64,000 nucleotides of DNA from an uncultured virus (IMG/VR IMGVR_UViG_3300029305_011606) (Duplodnaviria > Heunggongvirae > Uroviricota > Caudoviricetes), in the IMG/VR virus record IMGVR_UViG_3300029305_011606. One strand, given 5' to 3'. Under the pieces are notes generated by a model, which was not told the origin of the DNA, ran no database searches, and saw only the letters and a list, made by a program, of their open reading frames with translations. This document shows positions 36,286 through 44,400 of this stretch, in pieces. Position numbers and translations under genes: made by a program. Each line of letters opens with the position of its first letter. The stretch's first letter is position 1.

Positions 36286-36303
36286 GAAGGGAGGCGCGTC
36301 TGA

Positions 36304-36663
36304 TTGAGAGGCTATAAAAACTTCGACGCAACGCCGCATCCCGGAGACCTTCGCCACATGGTGGAGATCGGATATACCGTCAATGAGATCAACGAGAACG
36401 GTTACCCGGTCGCCACCGATGTGGTGGTCTGCAAGGTGTGGGCGGGTGTGATCGACGCCGGAAACCAGCACTATCGCTCTGCCGATACCATGAATACGGA
36501 AGCCGTTCTGAACTTTACCATTCGATATCGATCGGATATTAAGCCCGGTATGTGGGTGCGGTTTCAGGGCGAAAAATGGGATATTTCCACACTGGGTGAG
36601 TACGGCTTCAAGCGTACCTACCTGGGTCTCAAGGCTTCCATCGCAAAGGGTGTGAGCGGATGA
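36304..36663 (+). CDS. Head closure / head-tail adaptor
   Basis: GDLRH.VEI, VWA, FTIRYR; TTG start with GGGAGG. Confidence 0.85.
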   Translation: MRGYKNFDATPHPGDLRHMVEIGYTVNEINENGYPVATDVVVCKVWAGVIDAGNQHYRSADTMNTEAVLNFTIRYRSDIKPGMWVRFQGEKWDISTLGEYGFKRTYLGLKASIAKGVSG

Positions 36664-37028
36664 GGCAGGTACAGGAAGCTCTTGCCAATATCGGCATCCC
36701 TGTCATAGCTGGCGTATGGCGTGCCACTTCGCCCCACCAGAATCCGCCTGCCCAGTATGCCGTGTACTCTTCTACCACAACCGAATCCTCCCATGCGGAT
36801 GACTTCTGCACTTCCTATCGGACGTATGTATACCTCAATCTTTGGAGCAACACAGACCCCACAGAAATGGCATCCACGATCAGGCAAGCCATGTACAGAT
36901 ACGGTTTTACGATGCTCGAGGAAAGTGATCGCGGATACAATCAGCCCCAATACGACACCGCCACCCGGCAGTTTGCTGTGGAGTGGACATGGGTGTGGTA
37001 TGAGGAGGTGTCTCTGGAGGTGAAGTGA
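36660..37028 (+). CDS. Tail completion/terminator-like protein
   Basis: Position in neck cluster; YAVY..HADD..LWS. Confidence 0.7.
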   Translation: MRQVQEALANIGIPVIAGVWRATSPHQNPPAQYAVYSSTTTESSHADDFCTSYRTYVYLNLWSNTDPTEMASTIRQAMYRYGFTMLEESDRGYNQPQYDTATRQFAVEWTWVWYEEVSLEVK

Positions 37029-37029
37029 C

Positions 37030-37437
37030 ATGCCCATGAATTTGCAGGGCTTTGACGACCTGGAAAACGACCTGACCAATATGGCAGCAGAGATAGAATT
37101 CGGATCGGGCGTCAACCGTGCCCTGAGAGCCGGTGCCGTTCCCATTGAGGAACAGATGCTCCACAACGCTTCTACCGATCCCAAGATCATCACCGGCGAG
37201 CTATACGGCTCCATCAAGACCGGCAAGGTGAAGAAGCGGCGCGAGGGCGGCAAGGCGATCACCATCGGCGTTCATCACAAGGACCATGCCGCGTACTTTG
37301 CAAATCCATTGGAGCATGGCCACGGCGGTCCGGCACCTGCGCCGGCGCATCCCTTTGTGCGCCCGGCCTTCGATACCCGTGCGGATGAAGCCTATGAGAT
37401 TATGAAGGCCATTCTGCGGGATGAGATCAATCCCTGA
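37030..37437 (+). CDS. HK97 gp10 family protein
   Basis: GFDDL, TGEL..SI, LEHG, AHPFVRPAF. Confidence 0.88.
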   Translation: MPMNLQGFDDLENDLTNMAAEIEFGSGVNRALRAGAVPIEEQMLHNASTDPKIITGELYGSIKTGKVKKRREGGKAITIGVHHKDHAAYFANPLEHGHGGPAPAPAHPFVRPAFDTRADEAYEIMKAILRDEINP

Positions 37438-37501
37438 ATATTCCCCGGCACGATCATGAAAGTGGTCGTGCCTTTTCAATGAAAACATGGAGGTAACAAC
37501 T

Positions 37502-38107
37502 ATGGCTGCAACTGCTTCTCCTGCGGTCTCCTCGACCGTAGGTCTGAAAAACATGGTGCTGGCCCCGCTGACGGAGGACACCGAGGAAACCCTGACCTAC
37601 GGTGCGCTTCAGCTGGTGGCCGGCGCAATTGAGGCGTCCATCACGCCTGAAAACGCTGATCCGGACATCCAGTACGCGGATGACATCGAGTTCGATACAC
37701 TGTATGCCGACCCCGAACTGGCGTTTAAGACTCAGATGGCCGACATTCCCCTGCAGATCCAGGAGATGATCTTCGGCAACAAGATCGATGACAACGGCGT
37801 ACTGATCCGCTCCGCCTCGGACAAGCCCCCGTACTTCGCTGTGGGCTTCAAGTCTGAAAAGTCCAATCACAAGTACCGCTATGTATGGCTGTACAAAGTT
37901 CGCGCCAAGCCCCTCACCGAAAACTACAAGACCAAGGAAGGTAAGACCATCACCCGCCAGACCGGCGAGGTAGAGTGGACTGCCATCAAGCGCACTCATG
38001 ATGGCCAGTATCAGGCTGTGGCTGATGAAGGCGAGAACGGCTTCGATACCACCAAGGCTGCGACTTTCCTGGAATCCGTGTACACACCCTCCTTCGCGGG
38101 CGCGTAA
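37502..38107 (+). CDS. Major tail protein (phi13 family)
   Basis: VGLKNM..A, YADD, PPYFAVGFKSEK..YRYVWLYK. Confidence 0.92.
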   Translation: MAATASPAVSSTVGLKNMVLAPLTEDTEETLTYGALQLVAGAIEASITPENADPDIQYADDIEFDTLYADPELAFKTQMADIPLQIQEMIFGNKIDDNGVLIRSASDKPPYFAVGFKSEKSNHKYRYVWLYKVRAKPLTENYKTKEGKTITRQTGEVEWTAIKRTHDGQYQAVADEGENGFDTTKAATFLESVYTPSFAGA

Positions 38108-38121
38108 GGCGGTAATACGGA

Positions 38122-38784
38122 ATGTCGTTGGAGGCCCTGAAGCGAAACGGTCATCATCTGGAACTGGGCGACTTTGAACTGGCGGGTGACAATGGCATTC
38201 CCATCATTCAACCAGTACAGCTGAACGAGCAGCTCCCGTGGGTGCGTTTCAATCACGCCCTGCGGGAGACAGATCGTTCCCGGTACGGCGTCCATTTCTT
38301 CATGGATGACTATCTTTTTGAGCGTGTCTGGCGTGACCCGGACCGCTATGGTTTCTTTCTGAGAGATTTCCCGGCGGTCATGTCCCCGGATTTTTCTCTG
38401 TTCGCAGACTATCCCAAGGCTGTTCAGGTGTACAACCACTGGCGCAAGCACCAGCTTGCAGCCTATTGGCAGAAGCTTGGGCTGACGGTGATCCCATCCG
38501 TCAGCTGGGTCGGAAAGGACAGCTTTTCCTGGTGCTTTGACGGAGAGCCGGTCGGCGGAACCGTTGCGGTATCCTCCGTGGGTACCCAGAAAGGCAAGGA
38601 AGCACAGTCGCTGTTTCTGGACGGGTACACCGAGATGCTTGACCGGCTCAAACCTACGAAGATCATCTTCTATGGGCAGATGCCCAAGGAATGCGCAGAC
38701 ATGACTGCGGCAGAGATCGAACAGCACTCGCCATTCTACGAGACGTTCACACGGGGACTTGACTTCTCCGCGAAAGGACGGTAA
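38122..38784 (+). CDS. DUF4417 domain protein
   Basis: GVHFFMDDYLFERVW, SPDFSLF, YWQ..G..VIPSVSW, WCFDG.P, VSSVG. Confidence 0.88.
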   Translation: MSLEALKRNGHHLELGDFELAGDNGIPIIQPVQLNEQLPWVRFNHALRETDRSRYGVHFFMDDYLFERVWRDPDRYGFFLRDFPAVMSPDFSLFADYPKAVQVYNHWRKHQLAAYWQKLGLTVIPSVSWVGKDSFSWCFDGEPVGGTVAVSSVGTQKGKEAQSLFLDGYTEMLDRLKPTKIIFYGQMPKECADMTAAEIEQHSPFYETFTRGLDFSAKGR

Positions 38785-38786
38785 GT

Positions 38787-39674
38787 ATGGGTGGCAGAGG
38801 CGGTCGAAGCCACCGCAGCGGTGGCGGTATTCCTTTTGAATCCTTTCCGCCTGAAGCCTTTTCTGCCATCCGCAAGCTGGGGGCACTGAACTTTGCGGAT
38901 CGCCATCTGGCTGACCGTGAGCTTCGTCCACAGCTGGACGCGATATGGGATCGATTGACCGATCTGGAGAAGTATGCGGTGTGGCAATACACCAACGGTT
39001 CGGGCGGATTTAATCGGCCGCTGTCCGGCTACAAGAACAACTGGTATGACTATGTGGGAGAAGGAAGAGTCCCTTTGAACAATGAGAATCTGTCCAGCGG
39101 AATGCTGTCGGGCCTCTTTGCCCGGCTGACAGGCAGTACCGGTGTTGACTATGAAAAGGCCATCTATAGCCTGACCAGTGCGATCTCCAAAACCTCGTTT
39201 CATAAGGACATCTACCTGAGTCGAGGCAGCAGCGCATCGGGTCTGGCAGGATTCCTGCGAGACAGCGTAGGCTACGATAAAACAATGGCTTTGCTTCGTT
39301 CCGGTTCAGAGGCCGATGTCCGGCGCGCGCTGCTGGGCAAGACGGCTCAAAGTCATGCCTTTATTTCTACAGGCATTGCATCCAATGCCGGTTTCAGCGG
39401 CGAAATCAAGTTCAAGATCTATGCGCCCAAGGGGACGCGGGGCATCTACGCAGAGCCCCAGTCTCACTTTGGTGATACGATTTCCCCCTACACCCTATAC
39501 ACCAAGGGACAGCATTACTATGGCGTCGGCTCGGAGGCGGAGATCATTCTCCAGCGCGGCACCAAGTTCCGCATCACAGGTGTGAAGTCCAATGGCTGGG
39601 GCGGCTGGGAGATCGAAATGGAAGTCACCGAACAGCCCCGGTTCAAGAAAAACAGAGAGAGAACGAGCAAGTAA
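38787..39674 (+). CDS. VIP2-like ADP-ribosyltransferase with N-terminal MGGRG tag
   Basis: YT..N.PL helix; R (LSRG), S (FISTG), ExE (SEAEIILQRG) catalytic signature. Confidence 0.85.
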   Translation: MGGRGGRSHRSGGGIPFESFPPEAFSAIRKLGALNFADRHLADRELRPQLDAIWDRLTDLEKYAVWQYTNGSGGFNRPLSGYKNNWYDYVGEGRVPLNNENLSSGMLSGLFARLTGSTGVDYEKAIYSLTSAISKTSFHKDIYLSRGSSASGLAGFLRDSVGYDKTMALLRSGSEADVRRALLGKTAQSHAFISTGIASNAGFSGEIKFKIYAPKGTRGIYAEPQSHFGDTISPYTLYTKGQHYYGVGSEAEIILQRGTKFRITGVKSNGWGGWEIEMEVTEQPRFKKNRERTSK

Positions 39675-39677
39675 TCC

Positions 39678-40040
39678 ATGAGGAGGATGAGTCCCATGAC
39701 TGATAGAGAGATTATCCAGAATTACCTGACGCCCCTTCAGAAAACGCAGGGCGAACCGACCGCTGCCTTGTTTGAGGCCAGATCCCGTTTTCAGATGATC
39801 TACACCCGTGACTATGCCGAGCAAACCGGCCGCTTCTGGATCAGAAACCATGCGGACGAAGTTGCTCCGCTGATGGAAAAGCAGCCCCGGCAGATGACGC
39901 TGCATGAGGTTCGGGTATGCCTGACCAATATTGTCGCCCGTGACCGTATCTACGGTTCCATCGGCGGCTGCGAGAAATCCGGTCTGATGGCCAAATTGCT
40001 GGAACGTTTTCTGGAACTGATGGAAGAGGAGGATGCTTAA
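39678..40040 (+). CDS. Small helical protein (DUF6508-like), possible ART partner/immunity
   Basis: LT.IV..DR...G......G....LLERF pattern; directly after the ART (start may be 39696). Confidence 0.6.
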   Translation: MRRMSPMTDREIIQNYLTPLQKTQGEPTAALFEARSRFQMIYTRDYAEQTGRFWIRNHADEVAPLMEKQPRQMTLHEVRVCLTNIVARDRIYGSIGGCEKSGLMAKLLERFLELMEEEDA

Positions 40041-40421
40041 ATGATTACCTGTACGCTGGGCGACAAGAAATATACAGTGGACTTCGTGACCGGCCGTGCG
40101 CTTCGTGAGTTGGAGCCCGCCGCGAAGATGTACAACCGTGTCCTCGCCATTTCCAATGCGGCGGTGAAGGGAGAGGTTATCCCTGAAGCGGATCAGCTCT
40201 CTATCCCGGAAGCAATGGACGTGATGATCCACTGGTTGTGCATTCTGTTCCAGAACCAGTTCACCCCGGACGAGGTGCTGGACAACTATCCCGTGGATCG
40301 CCTGATGCACGATCTGGCGCTGGCTATCATGGCGGTGCAGACCCAGACCACCTCGGTGCTGGATGCTTTCCCTACGACGGCGGTTCAGGAAACGGAGACT
40401 CAGCCGGAGACCACGACCTGA
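40041..40421 (+). CDS. Tail assembly chaperone (G-like)
   Basis: Between major tail and tape measure; LFQNQFT.DE. Confidence 0.8.
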   Translation: MITCTLGDKKYTVDFVTGRALRELEPAAKMYNRVLAISNAAVKGEVIPEADQLSIPEAMDVMIHWLCILFQNQFTPDEVLDNYPVDRLMHDLALAIMAVQTQTTSVLDAFPTTAVQETETQPETTT

Positions 40422-40654
40422 CCGCAGAGGACGAGGAAGCAAACGAGGATGGCTCGGACATGAACCTCTACGATTTCATTCTCTCCACCTACAATTCCCT
40501 TTTGGAGGGCGGATGGCACATGAAGGAAATTGATGAGATGGACATGCTGGGCTTCCTCAAGATTCGTGCATGGAACGCGCAAAAGGAAAAGAAAAAGAAA
40601 GAACCCCGTCGACGTTACATCGACGAGGTGTGGCCGAATATGAAACCGGGTTAA
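40367..40654 (+). CDS. Tail chaperone -1 frameshift extension (GT-like), or separate ORF from 40460
   Basis: Slippery T-TTC-CCT at 40367-40373 in correct phase; -1 frame open to 40654 with GW...EIDEMD motif. Confidence 0.65.
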   Translation, partial: FPYDGGSGNGDSAGDHDLTAEDEEANEDGSDMNLYDFILSTYNSLLEGGWHMKEIDEMDMLGFLKIRAWNAQKEKKKKEPRRRYIDEVWPNMKPG

Positions 40655-41082
40655 TCTTCGCTCGCCTGCGCTTCGATCAGCTTCAAGAAGTCAGCGGGGG
40701 TATAGACAGGAACAGCAGAGCGCGAATAGTCCTTGCTGTTGCGAGTGATGATGCACTGCATTCCGGTGCGCTTGGCGGTTTCCACCATGACGGCATCCTC
40801 ATAATCGGACATGGCTGAAATCAGCGCCTTCTGGCAGTCCAGGCCATATGAGTCCAGCACAGCGAACAGCGTGAACAGGTTCGCCAATATCCTGCGGCTG
40901 GCTTCATCGCTATGTGTGTTGCGGTGTGTCAAATAGTAAATGTCGGTTGCGGATTTCGCCGTGATGCAGCCTTCGATCTGATGATTTGCTGCAAGCAAAA
41001 ACAGCGTTTCAGCTTCTTTGTTGAACGGTTCACGGTGCAGAAGAGCATCCAGAATCACGCAGGTGTCCAGAAGAACGATCAT
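40651..41082 (-). CDS. PIN-domain (VapC-like) toxin
   Basis: VLLDTCVILD, DYEDAV, IITRNSKDY. Confidence 0.9.
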   Translation of the reverse strand: MIVLLDTCVILDALLHREPFNKEAETLFLLAANHQIEGCITAKSATDIYYLTHRNTHSDEASRRILANLFTLFAVLDSYGLDCQKALISAMSDYEDAVMVETAKRTGMQCIITRNSKDYSRSAVPVYTPADFLKLIEAQASED

Positions 41083-41294
41083 AGCGCATTCAGCCTTTCT
41101 TCCATCGCCTCTTCGTAGGAGATGTTATTCGGTACTGCGCCAAAGAGCGACTTGGCAATATCAACGCGATCCTGATAGGGATTCGTCAGCTTGGAAATTA
41201 CCTTTCCATTCTTTGTGATGAAGATATCTTCTGTTGCAGAGAGCAAGAGGTACTTGCCAAGGTTCATCTTCAACTCGGTTGCGGTAATGGACAT
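41079..41294 (-). CDS. Phd/YefM-family antitoxin
   Basis: ITATELKMNLGKYL..EDIFITKNGK; 4-nt overlap with toxin. Confidence 0.9.
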   Translation of the reverse strand: MSITATELKMNLGKYLLLSATEDIFITKNGKVISKLTNPYQDRVDIAKSLFGAVPNNISYEEAMEERLNAL

Positions 41295-41339
41295 TTGGAG
41301 CCCTCCTTCTTTTATGATGTGAGGATCATCCTCATCTAT

Positions 41340-41383
41340 AGTATACACCAATCGCACGAATTTATCAACCAGTTCGTGCGATT
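41340..41383 (-). promoter_or_regulatory. TA promoter with operator
   Basis: TTGATA-17-TATACT; inverted repeat AATCGCACGAA-N12-TTCGTGCGATT straddles the -35. Confidence 0.75.
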
Positions 41384-41414
41384 TTAATTTACGTTTGAAC
41401 GGTGGTGAGAATCA

Positions 41415-44400
41415 ATGAGCGAAACACTCCGCGACCTGGTCGTCCGCCTGTCGCTGAACTCTGACAATTTCACACGGAACATCAAGTCCATCAATAAGCA
41501 GATCCAGGAAGCGCAGTCCACCTTCCAAATGGCGGCAGCGGGTGTCGAGAACTTTGAGAACACCACGGCGGGTCTGGCCAGCAAGCTGAACATGCTGGAT
41601 CGTACTCTGTCTCTTCAGCAGGATGCGCTGCTTCAGTATTACAAGGCGCTGGAACAGGCCAATGCCAAACTGCGTGAATGCTATGACCGCCAGAACGACT
41701 ATGCCCAGAGGTTGGTCGATGCGCAAAACAAACAACAACAGCTGAAGGAAGAAGTCCGACGTGCTGCCGAGGCATACAGGAATTATGCTCGAACCCTTGG
41801 CGAAAGCGATTCTGCCACCATTGCGGTCAAGGCCAATCTGGACGCCCTGAAGGTCGAGTACAGAGAATCCGTTCAGCAAGTTAAGCTACTCCGGGGCCAA
41901 AATGTCGCGCTGACCAAGGCTACCCAAAACGCTGCGGACGCCGTCAGCACAGCACAGACCCGATATAATCTGGCCTCGGGTGCGGTTGCAGAGACAAGTG
42001 CAGAAATCGAAAAGTGCCGGAATGCGCTGGATCTTTCCATGACCAGCTGGGATGCTGCCGGGGAAGAGATCAAGCAAGCGGAACAGGCCATTATCAGCAT
42101 CGGCAAGCAGATGAAGCAGGCAGAGAGCCGCTTCAAGCTGGCCGCTGCTGGCGTGAAGGAATTTGATAAATCCGCAGAGGGTCTGACTGCCAAGCTGACG
42201 CTTTTGAATGAGAAGCAGCGCTTTCAGACACAGGCTGTTGAAGAGTATGAGCGGAAACTGGAAGCCGCCAGAGAACAGCTTCGCGCAGCCCAGTCGGTCA
42301 ACGACCCGGATAAAATCCGTCAGGCTACAGATGCGGTCACGGATGCTGAAACCGCGCTCAACAATGCCCGCGCAGAATTGAAGCAAACCCGCGCCGAGAT
42401 CGAAAATACCAATAAGGAACTGAAAACGGCGCAGTCCGCATGGACGTCGGCGGGCAAGTCGATGGAGTCCTTCGGGAAGAAATGCGATAAGGTCGGACAG
42501 TCCATGTCCAAGGCCGGGCAGCTTCTTTCCACTACAGTGACCACGCCCATCGTGGCACTGGGTGCGACGGCAGTAAAGGCCAGCCTGGACTTTGAATCCT
42601 CCTTTGCCTCCGTCCGCAAGACCGTGGATGCTACGGAGCAGGAGTTCGATGCCCTCGCAGCGACTTCCAAGCGGATGAGTACGGAAATCGCCACCTCCAC
42701 CAGCGAGATCAACGAGGTCATGGCAACAGGCGGTCAGCTGGGTATCGCAAATGAATACCTGGAATCCTTCACTCGGACCATGATCGACCTGGGCAATTCC
42801 TGTGAGGACTTGGATGCATCGGAGGCGGCTTCTACCATTGCGAAGTTCGCCAACATCATGGGCACCAATCAGGGACTGTTCCAGAACATCGGCAGTACCA
42901 TCGTAGCCCTGGGCAACAACTTCGCCACGACGGAAAAGCCCATCATGGAGATGGCGCAGCGTCTGGCCGGCGCCGGTAAGCAGGTCGGTCTGACCGAAGC
43001 ACAGATTCTCGGTTTTGCCACAGCGTTCTCCTCTGTCGGTATTGAAGCTGAGATGGGCGGCTCCGCCTTCTCCAAGGCGCTCATCAAGATGGAGGTGGCC
43101 TGTGCCACGGGCGGTGAAGCCCTGGACGACTTCGCTATGGTCTGCGGCATGAGCGCCGAGCAGTTCAAGTATCTGTTTGAGGTTGATCCGGCTGCGGCAT
43201 TCCAAGCGTTCATTCTGAGTCTTGCCCAGATGGACGAGGAGGGCATGTCGGCTATCGCGGTGCTGGATGAGATCGGCATTGCCGAGGTGCGTCTCCGCGA
43301 TACCATGCTCCGCGCCGTCAACGCCACCGACCTGTTTGCCGAGACGCAGGCGGTCGCCAACACTGCGTGGAACGAAAACAATGCCCTGACCGAAGAAGCC
43401 AACAAGCGGTACGCGACTACAGCCAGCCGCCTGACCAATCTCAAGAACAAGGCGCTGCTCTTTGCACAGCAGTTGGGTGATGATCTGAATCCCACCATCC
43501 AGAGTCTGATTGATAGCGCGGATGAACTGCTGGACAGCTTCCTTCAGATGGACGAAAGCCAGCGTCAGCAGATCATTCGGATGGCAGCCTATGCCGCTGC
43601 CGCAGGCCCCGTGATTCTGACGCTTGGTAAGATCACCACAGGCGTGGGCAAAGCAGTGACCGGCATCGGCAAGTTTGCCACAGCGGTTGGAGCAGCCGGT
43701 GGCGGTTTCAAGGGTTTCATGGCGGTGCTGAGCAAGTCACCGGCCGTATGGCTGGCGGTTGCGGCTGCGGTCGTGGTCGGCACCGTTGCACTGGCAGATT
43801 ACATCTCCGGCGCAAAGGAAGCCCGTGAAGCCCTGGAAGGCATGAACGAAACGGCGGAAAAGTGGAAGGATACCGCCGCTGAAACCTTCTATGGAAACAG
43901 CGAGGGTCTGTCCTTCTTCGGCATGTCCAAGGAGGATTTCACTCGTGATAAGGGCAATGCGGAAGAATGGCTGGCGGGCTTGATTGCCGTCTGGACGGAT
44001 GGCCAGAAGGAGTCGGACGAGATCGTTACCCAGTGGACGGAATCCTTCAAGGCACTGACTGGCTCCACCCGTGAGGCACTGCTGGATCTGAAGAACACAG
44101 CTGACGCCGGTGGTTACACATCGGTATCGGATAGCCTTGCTGCCGATCTGGAACAGCTGGACGCCATCGATGCGGAAATCGAACGTCTGCTCAAGCGTCG
44201 GCAGAACGGCTACTTCTCTGAAAAGGATAAGATCCGCCTTCAGGAATTGATCGACACCCGAGAGGCCATCGAGGTCAAATACCATCTGACCGAAGCAGAC
44301 ACGGAAGGCTTTGAAACCATCCGGGAAAAGCTGGAGGCAGAAGTTGCCCGTGCCAATGCTTTGGGTAAGAGCGATGCGGATGTTGCCGTTTACGAAAACG

